In this document: positions 29,856 to 38,954 of the stretch, one piece after another
Numbering within the stretch: position 1 is the first letter of the stretch
Layout of the letters: every line of letters starts with the position of its first letter
Source of the DNA: Candidatus Thorarchaeota archaeon
Lineage (GTDB): Archaea; Asgardarchaeota; Thorarchaeia; Thorarchaeales; Thorarchaeaceae
DNA length: 64,000 nt
Direction: 5' to 3'
NCBI GenBank assembly: GCA_046758445.1
Contig: JBHIAE010000001.1
Coordinates: 1 to 64,000 of the forward strand
Position numbers and translations under genes: made by a program
The notes under the pieces: model-generated
Databases searched by the model: none
The model's input: the letters and a program-made list of their open reading frames with translations, nothing else
What the model was told of the DNA's origin: nothing

Positions 29856-30495
29856 CAGTGGTCAATTTGAGGACTTGTTCACTATCCACGACGGGTTGGC
29901 TCAGCTTCCTGCCACTCCATAAGAAACTCACGACGAGACCTCCCAGTGCTAGTGGGAAGAGAAAGGGAACAATCGCCACGAAAGCCACAGATATCGTGGC
30001 TGACGCGAGGCCCAAGGAGATTAGCAGAGTGGGACCGCAACAGGCAAATCCCGTCAATAGAGCAGGAGCTGCGGCCAGGATGCTCGCCGAAGGATTGATT
30101 CTGCATACCTTGCGGGCGGAGTAGGTGTAGGCCGACACAGCAATGTTGATTCCAACGAGGACCGCGATTACCAGCCCAAAGAGTATGTTCGGGATTGATA
30201 GGAACACCTGCAAGAAGCCAATGGAAAGGGAACCAATGGGTTCCCAATTGAAGGGAGCTCTCTCTCTGAAAATCAGTGCGGGCCATTGATTGGAGATCTG
30301 AATCTCGAGTGGAAGGGGAGTGGATGAAATAACGAATACTCCCGTGGCAAGGAGATAGAACAGGAGATAGGCCAACCCAACTCCTAGAGCAATGAGCTTG
30401 CTCCTCCTGATTACAAACACACGTCCTACTTCTCTGAGGTATTGGAGAATACGATGCTTCTTCCTCTTAGGCCGCTCTTCTGCCAATATTTTCAA
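29842..30495 (-). CDS. Membrane protein with an intramembrane CC motif
   Basis: About four TM helices, KVCR and GFACCGP. Confidence 0.7.
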   Translation of the reverse strand: MKILAEERPKRKKHRILQYLREVGRVFVIRRSKLIALGVGLAYLLFYLLATGVFVISSTPLPLEIQISNQWPALIFRERAPFNWEPIGSLSIGFLQVFLSIPNILFGLVIAVLVGINIAVSAYTYSARKVCRINPSASILAAAPALLTGFACCGPTLLISLGLASATISVAFVAIVPFLFPLALGGLVVSFLWSGRKLSQPVVDSEQVLKLTTVTPS

Positions 30496-30644
30496 CCTGT
30501 AATCTATTCACGTTGATGAATATAACATCTGATTAATCGGCAACGCTCTAAACAGCGACTTAGAAAGGATAGAGAGTGTTTCGCTCACTGTTGCAACCAA
30601 GCGCTTTTAACAGCATTCTCGATATTGGTTACGGTCTGTAACTA

Positions 30645-31790
30645 ATGATAGGGCGTAGAAGTGGTGCAGTACTTGTCGTTCTGCTAGTTTCGGCCGGACT
30701 GACAATAGGCATAGTGATGCAGCTTAATCTCTCTCCAGCCACCGACCCACCTAATGAAGAACCAGTTGTTACTGTGCCTATCAAAACGGAAGGTGTCTTT
30801 TTAGTCTACGATGTGAACATAACTAGACTCAACGAGTTCATGAGCAATAGGATTTCTGGTGGACCTCCACGTGATGGGATACCTCCCATTGAGAATCCTA
30901 TCTATATCACTGGTGAAGAAGGAGATGAGTTTCTATCCGGCTCAGACATTGTCTTTGGCCTTCATTTCAAGAACGTTACCATTGCATACCCACAGAGAGT
31001 CCTTGTCTGGCACGAGATTGTGAACGATAAGATAGACGGTCTTCCAGTATCTATCACATATTGTCCTCTGACTGGGTCCACTATTGCCTTCCAGGGAGTG
31101 ATTGAAGGTAATGGTACAACGTTCGGTACGTCAGGGAAACTAATCAACTCGAATCTTGTGATGTACGACCGTCGAACCGAGTCCTATTGGCCTCAGATTC
31201 TGTCCCAGGCAGTCAGCCTCCCTTCGAAAGGCATTGGGTTGCAGAAGATCCAGATGTTCTTCACAAACTGGAGCAACTGGAAGAGCCTTCATCCAGATAC
31301 ACTCGTACTTTCTAGGGACACTGGATATTTCAGAAACTATAGTAGCGACCCATATGGGATCTACAATGACCCCAATTCATACTACCACAGCGGTCCACCG
31401 ATGTTCCCTGTCATGCATGTTGATGACAGACTTGATCACAAGGAGGTTGTAGTGTCCCTCGACATAAACGGGACGCAGATTGCAATCCAGAAGTCGACTA
31501 TGAGGAACAGGACAGTTTACAACTTCGAGATAGGCGATCAGAAGTATGTCGTTCTCTATGATGCCCAGTTGGATGTGGCTAGATCCTACATATCAGAGGT
31601 CGATGGGCAGCAGCTCACCTTCCACGTCCAAGATGGTAGAATCCTCGACAACGAAACTCTGACAGAGTGGAACGTGAACGGAACATCCAGTCTTGGTACT
31701 ATGAAACCTGTACCCAATATGGATGTCATGTGGTTCGCATGGGTTGCGTACTTCCCCAACACCGTTCTCGTGTGCGATAGTTGCAGCTAG
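30645..31790 (+). CDS. DUF3179 family protein, N-terminally anchored or secreted
   Basis: GGPPRDGIPPI, AYP...WHEIVND, TYCPLTGS, FGTSGKL.NSNLVMYDR.T.S.W.Q, WFAW. Confidence 0.88.
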   Translation: MIGRRSGAVLVVLLVSAGLTIGIVMQLNLSPATDPPNEEPVVTVPIKTEGVFLVYDVNITRLNEFMSNRISGGPPRDGIPPIENPIYITGEEGDEFLSGSDIVFGLHFKNVTIAYPQRVLVWHEIVNDKIDGLPVSITYCPLTGSTIAFQGVIEGNGTTFGTSGKLINSNLVMYDRRTESYWPQILSQAVSLPSKGIGLQKIQMFFTNWSNWKSLHPDTLVLSRDTGYFRNYSSDPYGIYNDPNSYYHSGPPMFPVMHVDDRLDHKEVVVSLDINGTQIAIQKSTMRNRTVYNFEIGDQKYVVLYDAQLDVARSYISEVDGQQLTFHVQDGRILDNETLTEWNVNGTSSLGTMKPVPNMDVMWFAWVAYFPNTVLVCDSCS

Positions 31791-31894
31791 AAACAGGAAG
31801 GCTATCTTAGGTAAGACGTCCGAGCCGGGTCGTCTTACACCACTTCTTATTCAGTCAGACATGGTGTTGCCATCACACATGAGAAGGTCTCCAA

Positions 31895-32836
31895 ATGGTG
31901 AAGCCTACTGTAGATGTTCTGGACTTGGACCCGAAGACTGGGACTACTCTTGGCTTCTATGCCTTCGGGCAGCAACGTCCAAATGTTCTGATAGTATCTG
32001 GCATGACTGGCCTATCAGCCACTGACGTCTATGCAAACTACTTGATTATGAAACATTTTCAGGAGCTTGGAAGAGTAGATGGCTCGGTAACACTCTTACC
32101 CGTTGCCAGCCCTTTGGCGTTCAGACTTGGTACAAGGGTTTCTCCCCTTGACTCGAAGGACTTGGACAGTGTCTTTCCCGGCGATGAGCACGGCACTGTC
32201 ACTCAGAGAATCGCCTGGGAAATATGGCGTCGAGTGTCTCAAGCAGACTGTGTTGTTCATTTGAAGACCGGAGTGCAAGCGTGTGTCAGTCATGTGGTGG
32301 CACTACATCGCGATTACATCCATGTCAGGAATCTAGCGTCTCAGATATCTTTGCCTATTGTCGCCCAGAGCTTGGGTCAGAGAGGTGCACTCTCAACGGA
32401 AGCTGCGCACGAAGGAATCCCTGTGGCGACCATTGAGATGCGCGGAGAGAGAAGTTACACTGACACTCAGGCTGCTGTGGAAGTCAGAGAGGCAATTCTG
32501 AACTATCTTAGAATCAGGAATATGATCCCGGGAGATAGTATTGAGGCGTCTAGCATCTTTACCGGAAGGATGCGACAGGTTAACGCCGAAACTGAGGGTT
32601 TCTTCATACCGACTGCTCATCTTGGAGAAGAAATCAGAAGTGGGGACGTGGTTGGACACATTCAGGACAAGTCCGAAGTCACCTGCTCATATGATGGGAC
32701 TGTTGTATCATGCAGCCGGATGACCTACGTGTTCGAAGGAGACTTGATTGCGCGAGTGGCAGCTCCATTGGCTGACCAGCCTCTCGAACGGGAAACCGAT
32801 GTTAGTCCTTCAGAGCCCCCGAGGAGAAAGTGGTGA
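31895..32836 (+). CDS. AstE/AspA (M14) deacylase-fold protein with degenerate Zn site
   Basis: LLPVASP, DLDSVFPG...GT, TIEM and a C-terminal barrel-sandwich; HxxE and DLH ligands missing. Confidence 0.75.
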   Translation: MVKPTVDVLDLDPKTGTTLGFYAFGQQRPNVLIVSGMTGLSATDVYANYLIMKHFQELGRVDGSVTLLPVASPLAFRLGTRVSPLDSKDLDSVFPGDEHGTVTQRIAWEIWRRVSQADCVVHLKTGVQACVSHVVALHRDYIHVRNLASQISLPIVAQSLGQRGALSTEAAHEGIPVATIEMRGERSYTDTQAAVEVREAILNYLRIRNMIPGDSIEASSIFTGRMRQVNAETEGFFIPTAHLGEEIRSGDVVGHIQDKSEVTCSYDGTVVSCSRMTYVFEGDLIARVAAPLADQPLERETDVSPSEPPRRKW

Positions 32837-33267
32837 TGAGTTGCGGTTGTGAGATGTCCGACCACTTGATGTGTACAAATGTGGGAGACCTGCGTCTGAG
32901 AGAGAAAGGATTCTTGGTCATCATAGGAAGCTGCATGAAGACTCGTCATCCAGAGATTGTAGATGACTTCAAGCAGAGAAACGGTGGCCAGATTGCCCTG
33001 TATGTCTGTTTGGAGGAAACACACGCCAACAAGGCAGGGTTCAAGATTGGATCTATGGTGAAACACTCTGGGATTAAGAAACTCACGGCCTTGACAGTTG
33101 ACGGAAGTCCGCATTGCGTACAGTTGCACTTCCTTGTTGACGACGTGAAACGTCATTTCGTGCCAGACGTGGAAACACTACACTACGTTGTGGAGAAGGA
33201 CCGCATTGTGGAGGTGTCTTCCGAAGAAGTGAAACTCGCAAGGCATCTTTCCAAGATCGGTGCTTGA
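32830..33267 (+). CDS. Cys/His-containing putative Fe-S or metal-binding protein
   Basis: GSC, VCLE, TVDGSPHCVQLH; overlaps the upstream gene. Confidence 0.6.
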   Translation: MVMSCGCEMSDHLMCTNVGDLRLREKGFLVIIGSCMKTRHPEIVDDFKQRNGGQIALYVCLEETHANKAGFKIGSMVKHSGIKKLTALTVDGSPHCVQLHFLVDDVKRHFVPDVETLHYVVEKDRIVEVSSEEVKLARHLSKIGA

Positions 33268-33272
33268 AGGTG

Positions 33273-33866
33273 TCATGCTTCAGATTTCCTCAGACGTGGA
33301 AGAATGAATCCAGTCTTTTCACGATAGTCCTGATACGCCTGACCATACTGGATAACCAGTTTCCTCTCCTCTAGCAACGTACCAACCAAGACGTATGCGC
33401 TGAGAAGCAGAGCGTAGACAACAACATTCGAAAATGGGTAGACTGAAGCCATTCCAAAAAGCAGTATGATTGTCGCAAGATAGAGCGGATGTCGAATTCT
33501 TGAGTAGATGCCAGCAGTAACGAGTTCTGGCTTCCTATCTGTACGCATGTCAGCAACTGTGCTCACAGATATCACCTGAGATGCCCTTGCGGCCAAGACC
33601 AATCCGAGAGCGATCAACCCCCAGCCAAGTAGGAATAAGGCAGGTTGAACAAGCTCGGGGCTTCTAATAAAGTAGAACCAGTCCCAGAAACCCATTGATA
33701 GGAATGAACCAAGAAGAGCCAGCACGCTTGTGAACTTGTAGATTTGCGCGTATCCAGTCTTTCCCCACCGGTCAATTATCCAATCCTTCACTCTAGGAGT
33801 CGAGAGTCCACTATGCTGAAGCCCAAAGACCGCCACTCCAACTAGGATTACAAAGTACTGAATCAA
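33273..33866 (-). CDS. ICMT/MddA/NnrU-family membrane methyltransferase
   Basis: FGLQHS, GIYSRIRHPLY, EERKL...YQDYR. Confidence 0.85.
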   Translation of the reverse strand: MIQYFVILVGVAVFGLQHSGLSTPRVKDWIIDRWGKTGYAQIYKFTSVLALLGSFLSMGFWDWFYFIRSPELVQPALFLLGWGLIALGLVLAARASQVISVSTVADMRTDRKPELVTAGIYSRIRHPLYLATIILLFGMASVYPFSNVVVYALLLSAYVLVGTLLEERKLVIQYGQAYQDYREKTGFILPRLRKSEA

Positions 33867-33943
33867 GACAGGACCTCCTTATTCCTTACAGAAATCTTAT
33901 AAGAGTATTAACAATAGTTAATTCAACTCTTAAAAGCTTTGAG

Positions 33944-34519
33944 TTGAGTAAGATGAGTAAGAACCCATTTACACCAGTAGTGTTATCAGAAGACACGATG
34001 GTCACTGTCAAAGAGGGTGACGATGAGAAGAAGGTCGATGCCAAGAGGTACTGGATTCGATACAAGGTGGGCGAATCGAGTGACATCCGGTATGTCGATG
34101 GTGGGGCTGACGACATAGCTACCGTGGAGGACAAGGCGCTCTTTCTTGTTCCATCAATCCATAGAGTGAACGGGGAGGCCTTCCACTACAACGCTGCCTC
34201 AACTGAGAGGATTGTCGGGAAGGATCGGATTGAATCAGAAACACATAACCTGAGCAGACATCCTGCTTGTGAGTCACACGAGATAATCGAAGTGACCTAT
34301 GAGAGTCCCGGGGTGGAGTGCTGTGAGATGACAAAGGAGGAGGCTGACGAGCAAGAAGTTCCTCTTCAATACTTGTCAGGGTATCTCCTAGGAAAGAGCA
34401 AAGGACTCGTAAAGGTGGCACTATCAAAGACTGTCTTAGATGAGTCTGGAGTCACTACCTACGACAACATCAGAATCATCCCCGAGGCAGTAGTCAAGGA
34501 ATGGAACTGTCTCGAGTGA
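33944..34519 (+). CDS. Hypothetical protein
   Basis: Acidic 191-aa ORF with an AT-rich promoter upstream; probable start 33953. Confidence 0.65.
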   Translation: MSKMSKNPFTPVVLSEDTMVTVKEGDDEKKVDAKRYWIRYKVGESSDIRYVDGGADDIATVEDKALFLVPSIHRVNGEAFHYNAASTERIVGKDRIESETHNLSRHPACESHEIIEVTYESPGVECCEMTKEEADEQEVPLQYLSGYLLGKSKGLVKVALSKTVLDESGVTTYDNIRIIPEAVVKEWNCLE

Positions 34520-34550
34520 TACACACAGGAAGTGTTTCATAGTTTCTACT

Positions 34551-34710
34551 AAGAAAGAAAAGCGGCGGACGTCCTAGGCATCTCCCGAGTCTGGCTAACC
34601 CCACGCTGCCAGACACCTTTTCGTTGTGGGCGTCCGCCCACCTTCTGTAACGGTTCAACCAAGAACCCACCAGCTATCATATGCGTGGTAGTCAGTTGGC
34701 CTGATAGGGA
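34551..34710 (-). ncRNA. Candidate structured non-coding RNA (two hairpins plus U-tract)
   Basis: Stems 34628-38/34564-74 and 34608-14/34589-95; second hairpin 34656-34698 with G-U pairs on the minus strand; TTTAAG box ~34730-35; TTTTCTTTCTT right after the last stem. Confidence 0.5.
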
Positions 34711-34853
34711 GTACATCATTTCACCGATGCTTAAACTTATATGGAGATATAACAGCGCTTCGGGACACACTTCTCTTGGAGTGTAGTTTTACACCACCGT
34801 CTGGCGCCCACTATGTGTGCGGCCATATCCGAGAGAGCTGTTACAAGGTGAAC

Positions 34854-35801
34854 ATGATGGCGAAGCCAGCCCGCTCTATGAACGACCGCCAACGAGGCAT
34901 AAGGGTATGCACGATATGTGGCGACAATGACTTCTTTGAGGACCTAGCCAGAGGAGAGAGCATCTGCACATCATGTGGATGTGTAATCAATGAGAAACAC
35001 ATTGACTCGGGGCCAGAATGGAGAGCCTTTACTTCGGAAGAGAGAAACGCGAGAGCGCGAACTGGTTCCCCGATGACCCTGACCATGGCAGACAAAGGTC
35101 TCGCCACAACAATTGGGTGGAGCGACAGGGATGCCAATGGTCGCGCCATTGCTGCAAGCTCCCGGGCCGCTATATACCGAATGCGAAAGTGGCAGATCAG
35201 GACCATTGTTCATAGCTCCCAACACAGAAACCTAAGCATTGCAATGAGTGAGATGGACAGGCTTACGTCCCAGCTTGGTGTGCCAAGCGAAACTAAGGAA
35301 ACTGCAGCTCTCATCTATAGGAAGGCACTTTCTCGACGACTGGTCAGAGGACGCAGCATCGAGGGCATGGTTGCAGCAACCATTTACCTGTCTTGTAGAA
35401 TTCATAAGATACCCAGACAGCTCGATGAGATTGTCACTGAAGCTCGAGTCAACAGAAAGGAACTAGGGCAGTGTGTGAGGCTCATCCTAAGGAATGTTGA
35501 CGTGAAAGTTCCTATTCCGTCAGCAAACGATCTCATGCCTCGGATTTCTGCAGACCTGGGACTTGACGGTCAGACTGTTCAGACTGCCATGAAGATCATC
35601 AACGAAGCAAGGAGGGAAGGTATAACAGCCGGAAAGGACCCTGGTGGACTTGCGGCCGCTGCGCTGTATATTGCTGGTATCATCACGAATGACAGACGGA
35701 CGCAGAGGGAGATTGCTGAGGCCTCAAATGTGACCGAGGTCACGGTGAGGAACAGATACAAAGACCTCGCCAACAGCCTACAGATAACAATCAAACCGTA
35801 G
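34854..35801 (+). CDS. tfb: Transcription initiation factor IIB (paralog 1)
   Basis: CTIC...CTSCG Zn ribbon, GPEWRAF B-reader, RGRS, GKDP, TEVTVRNRYK. Confidence 0.96.
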   Translation: MMAKPARSMNDRQRGIRVCTICGDNDFFEDLARGESICTSCGCVINEKHIDSGPEWRAFTSEERNARARTGSPMTLTMADKGLATTIGWSDRDANGRAIAASSRAAIYRMRKWQIRTIVHSSQHRNLSIAMSEMDRLTSQLGVPSETKETAALIYRKALSRRLVRGRSIEGMVAATIYLSCRIHKIPRQLDEIVTEARVNRKELGQCVRLILRNVDVKVPIPSANDLMPRISADLGLDGQTVQTAMKIINEARREGITAGKDPGGLAAAALYIAGIITNDRRTQREIAEASNVTEVTVRNRYKDLANSLQITIKP

Positions 35802-35884
35802 TAGTGGGACCTGACCCACTGGCATTCTCATAGCAGCCCTCAGATCTTCGACAGCCAACTACGCTCTAGTTTAGAGGTTGCTGT

Positions 35885-36535
35885 TTAGAGATAGCGTGCT
35901 ATGACCTCGTGCGTTTCCTTCTTCCATTCTATACTCTTCTTGGCCAGTTCAGTAGCCACATTGCCGGGCATGGCCTCGTCACGAGGCATGGACTCAATCT
36001 TGCTCAGCCATCCGGAGGTTCCGAGCGGAAGTGACATCAGCTCTTCTCCTTCGGTTGCCTTGATCATCATTTCTCGTCCGTGTGCCAATTGGAAGTAGAC
36101 CGACTCGAGCGGGGCTTTCTTCAGGATATAGAATACAAGCCGATCCCAGCAGGTCTTTGCAACAAGGGCCCGCTTCAGTTTCCCTCTGTCATCTTCAGAA
36201 AGGGATTGATACTTCTTGACAGAGTTCTCAATGGTCGATGCGATCCCAGCTAAATACTCCTCAAGGGTTGAGGAATCCTCTCCCGATGCTGTCAGCTCGA
36301 CGAGCTTCTGTGCTCCCTCCACCCAGACGTTAATCGTTGCCGGTGAGTCATCAATTCTAACCGAGAAGGCGGCTTTCCCATTGAATATCTGGCTCTCAGC
36401 CTCACTGTAGTCATTCAGCAGAACGCCCGGCTTTGATGCAACTGCGTACCAGGCTAGTCTAAACACAACAGCAGACTCAGGTATCTTGAAGTTTAGAGCC
36501 TTAGTGGCCTCAGTCCTGTCACCACTTTCTTCCAT
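35885..36535 (-). CDS. Hypothetical protein
   Basis: 216-aa ORF with normal composition and an upstream GAGG. Confidence 0.65.
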   Translation of the reverse strand: MEESGDRTEATKALNFKIPESAVVFRLAWYAVASKPGVLLNDYSEAESQIFNGKAAFSVRIDDSPATINVWVEGAQKLVELTASGEDSSTLEEYLAGIASTIENSVKKYQSLSEDDRGKLKRALVAKTCWDRLVFYILKKAPLESVYFQLAHGREMMIKATEGEELMSLPLGTSGWLSKIESMPRDEAMPGNVATELAKKSIEWKKETHEVIARYL

Positions 36536-36699
36536 CGCGTGTGGCCCTCCCTATAGCCAATCAGGACCTAGCGCGTGACCTCCTTATAGAGTTTGGTGGT
36601 GGCTCTCTCCAGACCGCCTCTTGACATTGAAGGGGCTGCACTCTCTAATAGTAGGCGAACAGCGGGCGGTTTATTGGGCGGATTGCAGAACTGACGAGC

Positions 36700-37110
36700 A
36701 TGGTTTCAAGGTCTCTTGAGAAAATGATGCTCATCGCCATTGGGCTCACAACTGCGGTAATCGTTGGAGTCCCCATTCTCATGTATGCTATTGATACGCT
36801 AGGGACAACTTCTCAACTAGAGAGAGCAAGGCAGGTCGCTGAGAGCATCCACAATGGTACTGCCAAAGTAGATGATGGCTTTGTGAACAGTACGGTGATA
36901 GAGATCACGGTGCCCGAGGGCGTCACAGTAGTTGCCGACAATTCAACTCTGACTATCTTCTTTGAGAAAGAGAGCATGGAACCTAGATCATGGAGCGAAA
37001 TCTATGATCATGAAATAATGCTCCATGGTCCAGTTGGGTCCGGGCCCTATGTTGTGAACATAGTGCTGGTTTCAAGCACCATCGAGATGTCCTTCAGCTC
37101 TGTTGTCTAG
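36700..37110 (+). CDS. Putative archaeal type IV pilin-like protein
   Basis: Short N-terminus (SRSLE) followed by a long hydrophobic helix and a beta-rich domain. Confidence 0.5.
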   Translation: MVSRSLEKMMLIAIGLTTAVIVGVPILMYAIDTLGTTSQLERARQVAESIHNGTAKVDDGFVNSTVIEITVPEGVTVVADNSTLTIFFEKESMEPRSWSEIYDHEIMLHGPVGSGPYVVNIVLVSSTIEMSFSSVV

Positions 37111-37200
37111 GTTGACTCACCAGTTTCATTTCAACACAAGCTTTTTAATGACGGCTCAGGTCTTCGCCGTCGATACCTCCAAGGCTGAGGTCTGAATGTA

Positions 37201-38259
37201 ATGGACGAGGACTCTGAATGGTCTGAAGACGAGGATGCTGAGGAAGCTGATCCAGAACAGATTCCTGAGGAAGACGAATCTATCCCGGAGGAGGAGGTCG
37301 TCAAGACTCCGAGAAGGCTCAGTCTGAAGAATCCAGTCGGTTTCATCTTCAATGTTCGAATGTTGAGAAGAGTCGTCCAGATACTGTTCTTCGTGGGCAT
37401 CAATGCTTACATTCTTGTCGCTTGGATGGGCGGGGAGCAGATTCTTGCATTCTGGGAGGGCTTCCGAGACCTTCTTCCGACGTTACCCATCATTGCACCG
37501 TTGGAGGCTCCATATGCTGTACTTGCTGGAACGTTCGACACGCTTCAACGCGAGTTCTCCGGAGGCATCTTCCCCTTCTTCACGCTGGGTGCAATGGTCA
37601 TCATCCTGACAATACTAGGCCGATCAGCCTGTGGCTGGGTATGCCCGATCGGTACCATACAGGACTTTGCAACATTGCCCAAAAGAGCCAAGGTACGTCC
37701 TGCACATACTACCGAAAAAGAACTGAGACGAATCAAGACGTACATCTTCGTCATTGTTATGGGCTTGGCACTCTGGGTAGGTATCAGTAGGGTCTTTGGA
37801 ACCGCAGAGAACCTAGTGGCAATACTCGGACCGTTTGCTTCAGCAGCATTCGACCCATTCAGTCCAGCCTACATATTGTTCTTCGAAGCCACAACACATG
37901 CCTGGCCTTATTCACTAGAAACTCTTTGGTTAGCAACCCAGTGGGGGTACTTCTTGGCGCAATTCGCGTTCGTAGTCCTGATTGTTATTGTTGGAATATG
38001 GGTACCAAGATGGTTCTGCAGGTGGCTGTGTCCAGCAGGGTGGTTATATGGAGTATTCTCGAGAGACGCTCTGATTAGTATCGGCAGGAATCCTGCCAGA
38101 TGCACGCCTGACACGTGTAGTGTGTGCGAACATGTGTGCCCAATGAATATACGGATTCGTCGCTTCCCCTACCAGCACATGCATTCACCGGAGTGCATAT
38201 TGTGTCTAGAATGCAAGAGCCATTGTCCCAATGGAGCGGTTGTCTTACGATTCTCATGA
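37201..38259 (+). CDS. NapH/MauN-family membrane polyferredoxin
   Basis: GRSACGWVCPIG, WFCRWLCPAG, CSVCEHVCP, CILCLECKSHCP. Confidence 0.88.
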   Translation: MDEDSEWSEDEDAEEADPEQIPEEDESIPEEEVVKTPRRLSLKNPVGFIFNVRMLRRVVQILFFVGINAYILVAWMGGEQILAFWEGFRDLLPTLPIIAPLEAPYAVLAGTFDTLQREFSGGIFPFFTLGAMVIILTILGRSACGWVCPIGTIQDFATLPKRAKVRPAHTTEKELRRIKTYIFVIVMGLALWVGISRVFGTAENLVAILGPFASAAFDPFSPAYILFFEATTHAWPYSLETLWLATQWGYFLAQFAFVVLIVIVGIWVPRWFCRWLCPAGWLYGVFSRDALISIGRNPARCTPDTCSVCEHVCPMNIRIRRFPYQHMHSPECILCLECKSHCPNGAVVLRFS

Positions 38260-38613
38260 TGACGTGACCGTGATTCTGTGACTGGCCTTCTCAAACCCCT
38301 CCTGAACACTAGCATAGAGATTCATAAGGCGGAGGCCGAACCTTGTGATCCTTGCACCACCACCCCCCTCAGTACCACCCTTGAATGTTTCTAGGAGCTT
38401 GACTCCAGTTTCTTGTTCAATCTTACGGACTACTCCCCAGGCGTATCGGTATGACATGCCAAGTGCTCTTGCTCCCTCTGTTATCGTGCCCTTCTCCCTG
38501 ATACTATTCAGTATTGCGAATGCCCCAGGACCAAATACATACTTGCCGTTGTGTTCGAGCCAAAGCTTCCAGTTTGGTTTCAACTTAGAGAATGCATCAT
38601 CTTCGATAGACAT
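38254..38613 (-). CDS. ModE N-terminal-type winged-helix regulator
   Basis: KLWLE...FGPG, GTITEGARALGMSYRYAW, GGTEGGGARIT; no Mop domains. Confidence 0.85.
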   Translation of the reverse strand: MSIEDDAFSKLKPNWKLWLEHNGKYVFGPGAFAILNSIREKGTITEGARALGMSYRYAWGVVRKIEQETGVKLLETFKGGTEGGGGARITRFGLRLMNLYASVQEGFEKASHRITVTSS

Positions 38614-38674
38614 CAATGGACACTTCCGGAGCACACGTTGATTGAAAGGTAGGGAGCTCCTCATATGACACTTG

Positions 38675-38902
38675 CTAATGTCCCCAGCGAAGCCTCTCGG
38701 GCTTCGTTTCCTTCTTGTATGCCTTTTTTACCCTCTTCCAATGGTCTGAACAGAGGTAGACCTTTCTAGAACGGGAGTCCTTCACCTTCAGACCAGTCTT
38801 CGCAACACTCTCTGTGATGCGCACTGTCGCAAAAGATCTTTTCGACTCATTCTTACATCCAACGATGCTGCAGGTCTTCTTAGTGGATGACAAGTTCCTC
38901 AC
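38675..38902 (-). CDS. Small basic zinc-finger protein
   Basis: CSIVGC...YLCSDH. Confidence 0.7.
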   Translation of the reverse strand: MRNLSSTKKTCSIVGCKNESKRSFATVRITESVAKTGLKVKDSRSRKVYLCSDHWKRVKKAYKKETKPERLRWGH

Positions 38903-38954
38903 TTCACCTGAGAGCGTTCATGTCCTCATTTAACTATGACGGCCTGGGTCGACA

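Noticed and set aside
34505-34552. C-L-E-TGA at the end of the 33944-34519 ORF as a CxxU selenoprotein with a downstream SECIS
   Set aside because: The protein looks naturally finished at this point. The downstream hairpin lacks an AUGA/GA core, and its G-U pairs and U-tract mostly favour the opposite strand.
34575-34660. Resemblance of the ncRNA candidate to U6 (ACAGAAG), the ZTP riboswitch (CUGGC...GUGGG...GGGAG) or H/ACA RNA
   Set aside because: The matches are short and the required partner elements (AGC triad/ISL, 3' pseudoknot hairpin, pocket at the correct distance from ACA) are absent.
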